Of a DNA stretch of 64,000 nt, positions 1 through 9,619 are shown piece by piece. The translations under genes were made by a program, and so were the position numbers. Position 1 is the stretch's first letter. Each line of letters begins with the position of its first letter. Below the pieces are notes generated by a model. It did not search any database and was not told where the DNA came from. It saw only the letters and a list, made by a program, of their open reading frames with translations. Origin of the DNA: Candidatus Omnitrophota bacterium (GTDB lineage: Bacteria; Omnitrophota; Gorgyraeia; Gygaellales; Profunditerraquicolaceae); contig JALOQK010000003.1 in assembly GCA_025453395.1 (NCBI GenBank), positions 18,711 to 82,710 of the forward strand, read 5' to 3'.

Positions 1-1035
1 TTCTTTGGCCTGGGGATCAATATTTGGTTCTTCTAAGAAAAAGAAATCCGCCCTATCGGCAAAATCATTAAGCGTGGTCATGCGCGCCTGAAAAAGCTTT
101 ATCACATCCAGAATATACTTTTTATCTGGATTATTTCTATCTACAAGGCCCTTTTCCGCCAAACGCGCAATCAACTCTTCCGACAAATCCTGCACAGGGG
201 TATTTTTTATATACTCATTGCTAAACCAATCCAGTTTCTTAATGTCAAATGTGGCCGCGGTTTTAGTAACCTGCTTGATCTTAAATTGCCCGATGGCTTC
301 AGACAAACTTATTATTTCCCGATTTTCTTTTGGCGACCAGCTCAAAAGCAAAAGATAATTGACAAGCGCCTGGGGCAAATACCCCATTTTGCGGTAATCA
401 GAAATCGCTGTTGCCCCTGTGCGCTTAGAAAGCCTGCCCCCGTCAATGCCCATGATCAAAGGAAGATGCGCGAAACAGGGGAGAGAAAATCCCAGCGCCT
501 CATAAAATAAAATCTGCTTAGGGGTATTAGAAATATGGTCATCGCCGCGGATAATATGGGTAATGCCCATAGTGGCATCATCAACCGCGCAGGCAAAATT
601 ATAAGTCGGGGTCCCATCGGATTTTATAAGCACCTGGTCCTTCAGGATGCCTGAATCAAACTCTATGTCGCCTCGGATAAGATCCGCGACTTTTATCTTT
701 TGCTGCGGAACCTTAAAGATTATTGCCTCTTTCCCCTCGGCAGAACGCTCCACATAAGCCTTATTATCCTGCAAAAGTTTCTGGGCATATTGGCGGTACA
801 GATCAAACCTTTGGCTCTGATAATAAAGCTGGTCCCAATCAAATCCCAGCCATTTTAGACTAAACAGTATCTCATCAACAAATTCCTGCTTAGAGCGCAG
901 CTGATCTGTATCTTCAATGCGTAAAACAAATTCTCCGCCTACTGACTTTGCGTACAAAAAGTTAAAAAGCGCGGTCCTTCCTCCTCCTATATGCAGATAC
1001 CCGGTGGGGCTGGGAGCGAACCTTACCTTAACCAT
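1..1035 (-). CDS. gltX: glutamyl-tRNA synthetase, N-terminal ~345 aa; the 3' end lies beyond the window start
   Basis: Minus-strand translation from the ATG at 1033-1035 gives MVKVRFAPSPTGYLHIGG... with the class I HIGH motif and a KMSK-like region (LSKRTG). A GAAGG RBS lies upstream. No stop codon before position 1. Confidence 0.85.
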   Translation of the reverse strand, partial: MVKVRFAPSPTGYLHIGGGRTALFNFLYAKSVGGEFVLRIEDTDQLRSKQEFVDEILFSLKWLGFDWDQLYYQSQRFDLYRQYAQKLLQDNKAYVERSAEGKEAIIFKVPQQKIKVADLIRGDIEFDSGILKDQVLIKSDGTPTYNFACAVDDATMGITHIIRGDDHISNTPKQILFYEALGFSLPCFAHLPLIMGIDGGRLSKRTGATAISDYRKMGYLPQALVNYLLLLSWSPKENREIISLSEAIGQFKIKQVTKTAATFDIKKLDWFSNEYIKNTPVQDLSEELIARLAEKGLVDRNNPDKKYILDVIKLFQARMTTLNDFADRADFFFLEEPNIDPQAKE

Positions 1036-1039
1036 AAAA

Positions 1040-1585
1040 CTAAACCTTCTTTCTTTGAGGAAAAATTTTTGACCCGGCGATAAGCGCTTTCTGATTTATT
1101 TCCACAAGGTGTTTTTTGTTCTCTGGCGCGACATCGTGGATTACCTGCAAAGCTGTTTCTAATTTAACTACGGGCATAGATGATAGCAAAGCCCCCAGCA
1201 TCAGGATATTAAGCACCATCGGCTGGCCCATCTCTGCGGCAATCTGCCCAAAATTATAACTCCATGTTCGTTTGTGCCCGTGAAAATTTTCTACCTGCGA
1301 TGCGTTAATAAATACCGCCGCTTTAGCTGTTACCCTGTTCTTAAATTTATCAAGCGAAGGCTGGTTCATCGCAATTAAAACATCTGCCTTATGAATATAG
1401 GCAGAGCCGATGGATTTATCAGAAATCGCCACCATGCAATGAGCTGCGCCTCCTCTTACCTCGGCGCCATAGGCAGGAAGCCAGGTCACATTTTTCCCTT
1501 CGCGCATGCCAGACAAGGCAAGAATCTTTCCTAAAAGCATGACTCCCTGCCCGCCGCTACCGGCAACAATAACTTTTAAAGTCAT
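1040..1585 (-). CDS. korG: 2-oxoacid:ferredoxin oxidoreductase gamma subunit
   Basis: 181 aa ORF beginning MTLKVIVAGSGGQGV, typical of the Por/Kor gamma subunit. It is the last gene of a 4-gene delta-alpha-beta-gamma cluster. Confidence 0.8.
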   Translation of the reverse strand: MTLKVIVAGSGGQGVMLLGKILALSGMREGKNVTWLPAYGAEVRGGAAHCMVAISDKSIGSAYIHKADVLIAMNQPSLDKFKNRVTAKAAVFINASQVENFHGHKRTWSYNFGQIAAEMGQPMVLNILMLGALLSSMPVVKLETALQVIHDVAPENKKHLVEINQKALIAGSKIFPQRKKV

Positions 1586-2325
1586 TTCAATCTCCCCAGA
1601 GGAAACTCTTTGGTCATTTCATCCTTAACCCAAGCTGCGGCTTTTACAGGCGGCATCCCCCAATAGGTCGGGCAGGGCGAGAGAACTTCTACTAAAGAAA
1701 AACCAACGCCATTTATCTGGTTTAAAAAAGCCTCTTTTATCGCAGACTTAGTCTTAATAATATGCGCGGCATCATGCACAGCAACCCGTTCTACATATTT
1801 TACCGCTTTTAAAGTCGCTAATATTTCGGATATTTTTAAAGGATACCCTTCGCTTTGGGGATCGCGGCCGTTTATAGTGGTGGCGGTTTTCTGTCCGGTT
1901 AAAGTAGTCGGAGCCATCTGTCCGCCGGTCATGCCGTAAATAGCGTTATTCACAAAAATAACCGTGATATTTTCTCCGCGGTTGGCCGCGTGCAGTGTTT
2001 CAGCGGTTCCGATAGCGGCTAAATCTCCGTCGCCTTGATAAGTGAAAACTATATTCTCCGGGCGAAGCCTCTTTATAGCGGTTGCTACCGCCATTGCCCT
2101 GCCGTGGGCAGATTCAGAGCAATCAAAATCCCAATAATCATAGGCCACTACCGCGCAGCCTACCGGGGCAACCGCGATTATTTTTTCTCTTATGTCCAAT
2201 TCATCAATAACCTGCGCCACAAGCTTATGCAGCATACTATGCCCGCATCCAGCGCAGTAATGGGTGGACACATTGCGCAATGATTTGGGATGAGAATATA
2301 TTTTGTCCATAAATTTAAATTCCAA
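1582..2325 (-). CDS. korB: 2-oxoacid:ferredoxin oxidoreductase beta subunit (TPP-binding)
   Basis: 247 aa with the CAGCGH Cys motif and a GDG TPP-binding motif. It overlaps the gamma subunit gene by 4 nt. Confidence 0.85.
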   Translation of the reverse strand: MEFKFMDKIYSHPKSLRNVSTHYCAGCGHSMLHKLVAQVIDELDIREKIIAVAPVGCAVVAYDYWDFDCSESAHGRAMAVATAIKRLRPENIVFTYQGDGDLAAIGTAETLHAANRGENITVIFVNNAIYGMTGGQMAPTTLTGQKTATTINGRDPQSEGYPLKISEILATLKAVKYVERVAVHDAAHIIKTKSAIKEAFLNQINGVGFSLVEVLSPCPTYWGMPPVKAAAWVKDEMTKEFPLGRLK

Positions 2326-2334
2326 TTTTGGGAT

Positions 2335-3405
2335 TTAGCATATCTTTTTTATCTTCTTGATAATCTCTTCTTCCGTCGGGATTCCTCCTCCAGCGCGGCC
2401 TAAGAATTCAACGCTGGCTTTTCCAGACACAGAAAGCCGCACATCTTCCACCATCTGCCCATAAGACATTTCCACTGCCAGGAATTTAAGCCGTTTGTTC
2501 TTTAGGGTTAATTGTTTAAATATTTTTTCTGGAAATGGCCAAAGCGTAACCGGACGGATAAGCCCCACCTTTTTGCCTTGTTCTCTTAAGGTATTAACCG
2601 CGCCTTCTGCTATGCGCGCCATAGACCCATAGGCGACAATTATTAACTTAGCGTCGGAAATAAATGAAACAGCGCACCTTTGTTCTTTTTGCCGCATGCT
2701 GCGGTATTTCTTCTGTAAAATTAGATTGAATTTCTCCAATGCCCCATCAGCCATGTAAAAAGACTTGACTACATTGGCTGGACGGCCCTTGCATCCTGTC
2801 AACGCCCATGGTTTTTTGAATTTTTTAGCTTTTCGCTTTTCGCTTTTCGCTTCTAACGGCTCCATCACCTGCCCCAACATTCCATCGCCCAATATTATTA
2901 CCGGGTTACGGTATTTATCTGCCAGATCAAAAGCATCGGACATTAGATCATACGCTTCTTGCACGTTAGATGGCGCCAGGACTAAGCAATGAAAATCTCC
3001 GTGCCCGCCGCCTTTTGTAGCCTGAAAATAATCAGATTGCGCCGGGGCGATGTTACCTAAGCCCGGGCCTCCGCGCATCATATTTACAATCACCGCCGGT
3101 AACTGCGCTGCGGCGATATAAGAAATACCTTCCTGCTTTAAGCTTACCCCGGGGCTTGAAGAAGAGGTCATGGCTCTAAACCCGCACCCAGATGCGCCGT
3201 ATACCATACTGATCGCCGAGATCTCTGATTCAGCCTGGATAAAAACACCCCCCGCCTGCTTCATATGCTCAGACATATAAGCGGTTAATTCATTCTGCGG
3301 AGTAATCGGATACCCTGCATAAAATCTGCAGCCGGCATCGATAGCCCCTTGGGCTATCGCTTCATTGCCACTTATGAGTATTTTATTATTATTTTTGTCT
3401 TCCAC
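2335..3405 (-). CDS. korA: 2-oxoacid:ferredoxin oxidoreductase alpha subunit (GTG start)
   Basis: 356 aa with an N-terminal ISGNEAIAQGAIDAGCRFYAGYPITP alpha-subunit signature. The start codon is GTG (reverse complement of cac at 3403-3405). It contains a lysine-rich insert encoded by a GCGAAAAG repeat. Confidence 0.85.
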   Translation of the reverse strand: MEDKNNNKILISGNEAIAQGAIDAGCRFYAGYPITPQNELTAYMSEHMKQAGGVFIQAESEISAISMVYGASGCGFRAMTSSSSPGVSLKQEGISYIAAAQLPAVIVNMMRGGPGLGNIAPAQSDYFQATKGGGHGDFHCLVLAPSNVQEAYDLMSDAFDLADKYRNPVIILGDGMLGQVMEPLEAKSEKRKAKKFKKPWALTGCKGRPANVVKSFYMADGALEKFNLILQKKYRSMRQKEQRCAVSFISDAKLIIVAYGSMARIAEGAVNTLREQGKKVGLIRPVTLWPFPEKIFKQLTLKNKRLKFLAVEMSYGQMVEDVRLSVSGKASVEFLGRAGGGIPTEEEIIKKIKKIC

Positions 3406-3446
3406 TTTTTACTTTTGCCTTTTTCCTTTTTACTTTTGCCTTTTAT
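3405..3446. repeat. tandem direct repeat (2 x 21 bp, CTTTTTACTTTTGCCTTTTT) in the korD-korA spacer
   Basis: The unit ctttttacttttgcc occurs at 3405-3419 and 3426-3440. It belongs to the AAAAGGYAAAAG-like family also seen at 49721-49739 and 49930-49950. Confidence 0.5.
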
Positions 3447-3646
3447 TTATATACCTCTATACAGCAATCCGGGCAGACAAGCGCGCAAAGGCTGCACCCC
3501 GAACACTGCCCTTCTTCTTTAAATATCACCGGAACAGCTCCTTTACTGTTTATCTTCTTGCCCAAAGTAATCATTTTATTAGGGCAAACGGATACGCACA
3601 ATAAACACCCTTTACATTTTTGCGCGTTAATAACTATTTTAGCCAT
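3443..3646 (-). CDS. korD: 2-oxoacid:ferredoxin oxidoreductase delta subunit (2x[4Fe-4S] ferredoxin)
   Basis: 67 aa with two CxxCxxCxxxCP motifs (CKGCLLCVSVCP and CSGCSLCALVCP). Confidence 0.8.
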   Translation of the reverse strand: MAKIVINAQKCKGCLLCVSVCPNKMITLGKKINSKGAVPVIFKEEGQCSGCSLCALVCPDCCIEVYK

Positions 3647-5490
3647 AATCTTATTTGGGCTGCGATTTGTTTTGGGCTTAATCCGTATTTATCTAGAAGC
3701 TCGGCTCTCTTGCCGCAAGGGATGAATTCATCGGGCAAGCCCATACGCTTAACCGGTTTGTCGATCTGCTCCATAACTAAAGAGCCAAAACCACCATCTA
3801 TAACGGCTTCTTCCAGGGTGCAAATTAAATTTACTGCACAGCTTAGTTTCTTTAAGGCTGGAGCGTCCAGCGGTTTTACAAAACGGGCATTGACCAATGT
3901 GCCGTTAATCCCATCTTTTTCCAATATCTTTACCGCCTCCCAAGCAGAATACACCATGCTGCCCAAGGCCACAAGAAGAAAATCTCTGCCAACAGACAAT
4001 ATTTCAGCTTTGCCGACTTCAAGCGCAGATAACGATGGTAAATTATCCGCAACCCATGACTTAGGATAACGAATAGCCACCGGTTTTTTTAGCCCGATTG
4101 CCAATTCCAACATCGCTTCAAGCTCCCTTGCATCCTTGGGAGCCATAACCACAAAATTAGGTATGCCCCTTAAGAAGGAAATGTCAAATATCCCCTGATG
4201 CGTTGGGCCGTCTTCTCCGACGATGCCTGCGCGATCAATAGCCAAAACCACTGCCGCCTCCTGCAAGCCGATGTCTTCGATTAACTGATCATAGGCGCGC
4301 TGTAAAAATGTAGAATATAAAGCCACAACCGGAACCAGCCCCTGTTTAGCTAAACCGGCGGCAAAACAAACCGCGTGTTGTTCGGCAATTCCCACGTCAA
4401 AGAATCTACCCGGAAAAGCATCGCGGAATTTATCAAGACCCGTTCCTTCAGGCATAGCAGCTGTGATAGCGATCAATTCGGGATGTTTCTGCGCAAGCTC
4501 CAGCATTTTGCCGCTAAAAACTTCTGTGTATGTTTTTCTTGGCTGCAAAAAGCCCGCCTGCGCCGGATTTCCGGTTGCCACATCAAATGGCCCTGTTCCG
4601 TGAAATCTTACCGGATCTTTCTCCGCCGGTAAGTAGCCTTTTCCTTTTTTGGTAACTACGTGTAAAAGGATCGGCCCTTTTATGGCTAAAATTTTCTTAA
4701 AAGCCGGGATCAAAGTGCCTAGATTGTGCCCGTCAAACGGGCCAAAATAACGAAAACCCATTTCTTCAAAAAACATCCCCGGGATAAACAACCCCTTAAG
4801 GGCCTCTTCAAACTTATTCACCAACCTTAACAAACGGCTTCCTTTAGGAAAACGCGATTTTATTAAGTTCTCTAAGGATTCATGAAAACGGTTGTAGACA
4901 GGCGTAGAAATAATCTTGTTCAGATAATTACTTATTGCTCCCACATTAGGGGCAATGCTCATCTCGTTTGTATTTAAAACAATGGCTATGTCTTTCTTAA
5001 TGTGCCCTGCGTTATTAAGCCCTTCGAAACATAAACCCCCGCTTAAAGACCCGTCTCCTATGACCGCGACTACTTTATATTGTTGGGGCGGATTCAGATT
5101 CTCGCGCGCCAAGGCCAGGCCCAAAGCAAGCGAAACTGCGCTAGAGCTGTGCCCGGTGGTAAAAGGGTCGCACCCTGATTCATTTTTGCAAGGAAACCCG
5201 CTTAATCCCTGAAATTTACGCAAAGAGGAAAAATCTTTATTTCTTCCGGTTAGTATTTTGTGCGCGTAGCTCTGGTGCCCGACATCCCAGATGATTTTAT
5301 CGCTTGGGACATCTAAACAATAATGCAAGGCTATGGCCAATTCTACGGCTCCCAGGCTTGAAGCTAAATGCCCGCCGTTGGCAGAAACCACTTCTAAGAT
5401 CCGGGACCTTATTTCTGAAGCTAATTCCGGAAGCTTAACCAGCGGCACCTGCTTTAAATCACCCGGGGAATTAATATTCTCTAAAAACAT
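3634..5490 (-). CDS. dxs: 1-deoxy-D-xylulose-5-phosphate synthase
   Basis: 618 aa with a transketolase-like TPP motif (GDG...N) and typical DXS N- and C-termini. Confidence 0.9.
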   Translation of the reverse strand: MFLENINSPGDLKQVPLVKLPELASEIRSRILEVVSANGGHLASSLGAVELAIALHYCLDVPSDKIIWDVGHQSYAHKILTGRNKDFSSLRKFQGLSGFPCKNESGCDPFTTGHSSSAVSLALGLALARENLNPPQQYKVVAVIGDGSLSGGLCFEGLNNAGHIKKDIAIVLNTNEMSIAPNVGAISNYLNKIISTPVYNRFHESLENLIKSRFPKGSRLLRLVNKFEEALKGLFIPGMFFEEMGFRYFGPFDGHNLGTLIPAFKKILAIKGPILLHVVTKKGKGYLPAEKDPVRFHGTGPFDVATGNPAQAGFLQPRKTYTEVFSGKMLELAQKHPELIAITAAMPEGTGLDKFRDAFPGRFFDVGIAEQHAVCFAAGLAKQGLVPVVALYSTFLQRAYDQLIEDIGLQEAAVVLAIDRAGIVGEDGPTHQGIFDISFLRGIPNFVVMAPKDARELEAMLELAIGLKKPVAIRYPKSWVADNLPSLSALEVGKAEILSVGRDFLLVALGSMVYSAWEAVKILEKDGINGTLVNARFVKPLDAPALKKLSCAVNLICTLEEAVIDGGFGSLVMEQIDKPVKRMGLPDEFIPCGKRAELLDKYGLSPKQIAAQIRLWLK

Positions 5491-5729
5491 TACTTTCCCT
5501 CTTCTTGAGAATCGTCAAAATCTTCCAGCTTAAAACCAGAATCCTTCTTCATTAAAAGCTCGACTTTTCTTTGCGCGTCTTCTAAAACACAGGCGCAGGA
5601 CTTGGCAAGCTTTACTCCTTCTTCATATTTCTTCAAGGACTCACCCAAAGTTAATTTTCCAGAAGCTAATTCATCCACGATTTTTTGCAGGCGCTTTAAA
5701 TCATCTTCAAAATTAATTTTTTCTTTCAT
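5490..5729 (-). CDS. xseB: exodeoxyribonuclease VII small subunit
   Basis: 79 aa containing FEDDLKRLQKIVDELASGKLTLGESLKKYEEGVKL, the XseB signature. It overlaps xseA in an xseA-xseB-dxs arrangement. Confidence 0.85.
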   Translation of the reverse strand: MKEKINFEDDLKRLQKIVDELASGKLTLGESLKKYEEGVKLAKSCACVLEDAQRKVELLMKKDSGFKLEDFDDSQEEGK

Positions 5730-6967
5730 CTCGGCATCCCTTCCTGTTTATCTGTATACAAATTTACACTTTCGACTAAACTAGTAAAAGACCCTCGTTC
5801 CAGAATAGTGCTGACCTTATCTCCCGCTTTAAGCTGATCGGCATTTTTTAATACTTGCTGGTTTTCCATAAGCATGCTTAAACTGTACCCTCGGGAAAGA
5901 ACCGATAAAGGGCTTAAAACATGCATCCTTTGCGCCAAGGAAAAAAAACGTTCGCGGGTAAATTTTATATAAGAAGACATGGATTGCTTCAGGCGCTCAC
6001 TTAACTCATCTAAAAGCTGCTGTTTCTCAAGAAGCCGGTCTAGGGGGCTCTTAAGCATCCCCTTTAAAAGGGCTAATGCGTGACGGCCGGTGTTTAACTT
6101 TTCAGAAAATGACAAATCCATTTGATAACGCATATTTTCTAATGCGGTAAGAAGCGCGTTTTTCTTATCCACAATGATCTTAGCTGCTGCGGTTGGAGTT
6201 TCCACAAATATATCCGCGGTTAAATCTGAAAGAGTAGTATTGATCTGATGCCCCACCGCCGAAATAACCGGAAGCCTTGAATTATAAATTGCGCGTGCTA
6301 CTTTTTCTTCATTAAACGCCCAAAGGTCTTCAACGCTTCCTCCGCCGCGGCTTACTATAATTACGTCTACTTGATTGTACTGATTTAATTCCTCTATGCC
6401 GGAAGCGATTTCAAAACAGGCCCCTTCCCCTTGCACGCGAGAAGGCCTGATAACTACATCCACACAGGCCGCCCCGCGCTTTAAAACCTGCAAAATATCC
6501 CTGACCGCGGCACCCGCGCTTGAGGTAACAACCCCGGCGCGAAAAATCACCCTTGGTAATTCTTTTTTATGAGAGACATCAAACAATCCTTCTTTAAAAA
6601 GTTTTTCTTTGAGCTGTTCAAAGGCAAGCTGCTGCGCGCCGATTCCCTTGGGCTGCAGCTGCTCAATAATAAGCTGATACTGGCCGCGCGGCGCGTAGAC
6701 ATCGATTTTCCCAAAACAAATAACCTTTAATCCGTCTTCTATCTTGAAATTTAGCTTTTGGTTAGAACGCGCGAACATCGCTGCCTGTAAAACTGCGGAC
6801 TGGTCTTTAAGCGAAAAGTAAAAGTGGCCTGATGCGGCAGCTTTAAAATTAGAAATTTCTCCTTCTACCCAAACAGAAGCATAGTTTGCCTCTAAAATAA
6901 GCTTGATGTCTTGGGTGATCTGGGATACAGTTAAAATCTGCCGCTCTTGTTGGTCCTGGATAGGCAT
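5726..6967 (-). CDS. xseA: exodeoxyribonuclease VII large subunit
   Basis: 413 aa with an N-terminal OB-fold (LTVSQITQDIKLILE...VWVEGEISNF) and an ExoVII_L catalytic region. Confidence 0.9.
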   Translation of the reverse strand: MPIQDQQERQILTVSQITQDIKLILEANYASVWVEGEISNFKAAASGHFYFSLKDQSAVLQAAMFARSNQKLNFKIEDGLKVICFGKIDVYAPRGQYQLIIEQLQPKGIGAQQLAFEQLKEKLFKEGLFDVSHKKELPRVIFRAGVVTSSAGAAVRDILQVLKRGAACVDVVIRPSRVQGEGACFEIASGIEELNQYNQVDVIIVSRGGGSVEDLWAFNEEKVARAIYNSRLPVISAVGHQINTTLSDLTADIFVETPTAAAKIIVDKKNALLTALENMRYQMDLSFSEKLNTGRHALALLKGMLKSPLDRLLEKQQLLDELSERLKQSMSSYIKFTRERFFSLAQRMHVLSPLSVLSRGYSLSMLMENQQVLKNADQLKAGDKVSTILERGSFTSLVESVNLYTDKQEGMPR

Positions 6968-6977
6968 ATCTTATCTA

Positions 6978-8726
6978 TTATTGCTTTTTCTGGTCATTGT
7001 CGACAACCGGCTGCTGCGCAGTAACCTCCTCTTGCACGATAACAGGCTTATTTTCTGTTTCAGCCTTCTTTTTTATATCTACAAGGCACACCGAATAAGG
7101 CTTCAGCAAAATTTGTTGCTGCAGCACTCCAGAAATAACAACCTCTTTTTCGCCGGCCGCAGCAAACTGACAATCACGCACACAGGCATCATCGCATAAA
7201 TATTGTTTTATCACGTAAACAGAGTCTTTCTTTAAGTTCTTGATGTTCATTTTGATATTGCGCGCCATCTGCATGGCTTTGCCGGACTGCTCAAATATAT
7301 CTTTGGCTTTTTTAAGCATATTTTTTACTCTGCCGGTAGAGCGCACATCGGAAAGGCTTATCTGCCCATTAATAAACCTTTTAAAATTATCGTTGTACAA
7401 ATAATCTAAAACATATTTTCTCTCGGAGTCGCTTAAAAAAGCGATGTTGCGCGAAATATAATTACGGGCGGCTTGCGGGTCTATATAATTATAAAGCAAA
7501 ATCGCCATGCCGTCTTCTTTCTTAGTGGCAACAACCCCCACAAAAGGGTCTTCCTGACGGGGAGAAAAAAACATCTTATCTGATAGGCCCTTAAGCATCT
7601 TAAAAACAATGAACGCGGATTTGGGAACCCCCGAAGCAAAAACCCCTACGTTTCTTACCACCCCTTCGGGCTCATTATAAAAGTCTTCCAGCGCGAAATA
7701 AACCTGATAATCTATGCCGGACTCATACATATATTTGATCCGCGCCGGGATAAAACTGGCTGTTATGAAAGATTTATCCGCTCTCTCGGCCAAAATATTC
7801 GACCCGGCGTCATAATTCCATTCTGATATGATAAGCGGGGTGCTGCGGTCAAAGCGGAAATAAAAAAGCCAATCCCGGATAATCGCCGATGGTATCTTAT
7901 TGTAGCGGGTCAGCTCTTTCTCGGCCTTGGGGTCGCTTGTATAGGCATGCCAGCTTATAAAATCCAATGGCAGGCGGTAATCATAACAATAGCGGATTAA
8001 ATCGTAAATCAGGCTTCTGTGCGGATAGAGGATATTATTGCCGCCGGAATTTTGAAACCACCAGCTTGTGCCCGGCCCCCCAACAGGTATATGGATTTTT
8101 GTTTCCGCCTCAAGCTCTTTGGCGCTTTCAGCAACTGCCCGATACAGCAGAAGATAATCTTGTCTTCTGCCCAAGAAGAAATCATCGGCATCAGGCGCGC
8201 TCCAAACCTCATACCAGATATTATATCTTTTGTCGCAACTTAAAACGCGCATTTTAGATTTTATAAGAGCTTTTAACGAAACATGGTTGGCGGGCGGGCT
8301 TTTCTGGTCCAGTATCTTTCCATATCCTGCAGGCATACCGAAAATATTTAAGATAACCGTGCCGCCGGCATCAGAAATCTTCTTGATCGTATCCTCGTAA
8401 ACAGAAGAAAGTTTTTCTTCTTTCTGCTTATCTTTTTTAGATTCTAATATTTCCCAAAGGTTATACTGCAGGCGGTAAAAACCCTTAAGCCCTATTTGGC
8501 CTGCCCATAACTCTATTGACGAGGATGCGGCCAAATTAACCGGCCATCCGGATTCCGGGCTTTTGGCTGAGCCGCTTAAGTCTATCCCCGGCTTAAAAAC
8601 CGCGGGCAGGTTTATGGTGTTGGCGTTATAATCTAAAGAGCATTCAAAAGGCTGATCTGCCTGGGCAAAAAGGCCTGCTGTCAGGCCTAAAGATAAGATA
8701 AAGATTAACGCTGTCTTTTTAATCAT
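6978..8726 (-). CDS. secreted TIM-barrel glycoside-hydrolase-like protein (GH39/GH5-like), function unknown
   Basis: 582 aa with an N-terminal signal peptide (MIKKTALIFILSLGLTAGLFAQA). YEVWSAPD resembles the WEVWNEP acid/base motif but lacks the Glu. IISEWN resembles the nucleophile motif. The C-terminal tail is Cys-rich and charged. Confidence 0.35.
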   Translation of the reverse strand: MIKKTALIFILSLGLTAGLFAQADQPFECSLDYNANTINLPAVFKPGIDLSGSAKSPESGWPVNLAASSSIELWAGQIGLKGFYRLQYNLWEILESKKDKQKEEKLSSVYEDTIKKISDAGGTVILNIFGMPAGYGKILDQKSPPANHVSLKALIKSKMRVLSCDKRYNIWYEVWSAPDADDFFLGRRQDYLLLYRAVAESAKELEAETKIHIPVGGPGTSWWFQNSGGNNILYPHRSLIYDLIRYCYDYRLPLDFISWHAYTSDPKAEKELTRYNKIPSAIIRDWLFYFRFDRSTPLIISEWNYDAGSNILAERADKSFITASFIPARIKYMYESGIDYQVYFALEDFYNEPEGVVRNVGVFASGVPKSAFIVFKMLKGLSDKMFFSPRQEDPFVGVVATKKEDGMAILLYNYIDPQAARNYISRNIAFLSDSERKYVLDYLYNDNFKRFINGQISLSDVRSTGRVKNMLKKAKDIFEQSGKAMQMARNIKMNIKNLKKDSVYVIKQYLCDDACVRDCQFAAAGEKEVVISGVLQQQILLKPYSVCLVDIKKKAETENKPVIVQEEVTAQQPVVDNDQKKQ

Positions 8727-9504
8727 TTAATTTTTCTTGCAATCTTTTAATTAAGATCGCTTTTCCCGAAGCCGGGTCTATTTCCACCAAACAAGCGTGC
8801 AGCTGGATATCATCTTGAGCAACTTCAAATTTAACCGGGATAGAAGTGAGAAAACGTTTCAACACGTCCTCAACCCTTCTGCCGATAACTGAATAATACG
8901 GCCCGGTCATGCCGGCATCGGTAAGATAAGCTGTGCCTGCGGGAAGTATTTTCTCATCGGCAGTCTGGATATGGGTGTGCGTGCCTAAAACCGCGCTTAC
9001 CCTGCCGTCTAAAAACCAACCCATGGCTATTTTCTCTGAAGTGGCTTCCGCGTGGATGTCCACGATTACAACCTTGGCGCGTTTTTTCAAATCCTCGAGC
9101 TGTTCGTCAATGGCGCGAAAGGGACAATCAAGCGCCTCCATAAATACCCGGCCTTGCAAATTTACTACCGCAATCTTTTCACCGCTGGAGGCAGTAAAAA
9201 CATCTGCGCCTTTTCCGGGAGAACCCTTAGGGAAATTAAGCGGCCTTAATATCCTGGGATCACGGTCAATGATCTCAAAGATCTCTTTTTTCTTCCAGAT
9301 ATGATCCCCGGAAGTCAATACCGACACCCCGGCATCAAAAAGTTCATCGGCCACCTGACGGGTAATACCGGATCCCCCTGCGGCGTTCTCGGCATTGGCA
9401 ATCACAAAATCAAGCGCGTATTGCTTCTGAAGCCGCGGCAGGATCTTTTTTACTGCTTCCCTGCCAGGGGAACTAACGATATCACCGATAAATAATATTT
9501 TCAT
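8719..9504 (-). CDS. ymdB: YmdB-family metallophosphoesterase (2',3'-cyclic-nucleotide phosphodiesterase)
   Basis: Begins MKILFIGDIVSSPGR...ANAENAAGG with a GDH metallophosphoesterase motif. It lies immediately downstream of rny, as in Bacillus. The track ORF start at 9540 is a 12-codon extension encoded by repeat DNA, so the start was set at the ATG at 9502-9504. Confidence 0.8.
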   Translation of the reverse strand: MKILFIGDIVSSPGREAVKKILPRLQKQYALDFVIANAENAAGGSGITRQVADELFDAGVSVLTSGDHIWKKKEIFEIIDRDPRILRPLNFPKGSPGKGADVFTASSGEKIAVVNLQGRVFMEALDCPFRAIDEQLEDLKKRAKVVIVDIHAEATSEKIAMGWFLDGRVSAVLGTHTHIQTADEKILPAGTAYLTDAGMTGPYYSVIGRRVEDVLKRFLTSIPVKFEVAQDDIQLHACLVEIDPASGKAILIKRLQEKLND

Positions 9505-9507
9505 AAT

Positions 9508-9552
9508 TGTAAAGCGTAAAGTGTAAAGTGCAAAGTGCAAAACGAAAAGCTA
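9508..9552. repeat. GTAAAG/GCAAAG hexamer-like repeat tract in the rny-ymdB spacer
   Basis: tgtaaagcgtaaagtgtaaagtgcaaagtgcaaaacgaaaagc. It shares the 15-mer gcgtaaagtgtaaag with the thrS leader at about 24520-24556. Confidence 0.45.
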
Positions 9553-9619
9553 CAGCGTAAAATTCAAAGAGTTTTTAGTTTTAAATTATGATTTTAAATT
9601 TTTCGCTTTCAATTTTGCG

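Noticed and set aside
286-510. 74 aa plus-strand ORF
   Set aside because: Antisense to gltX.
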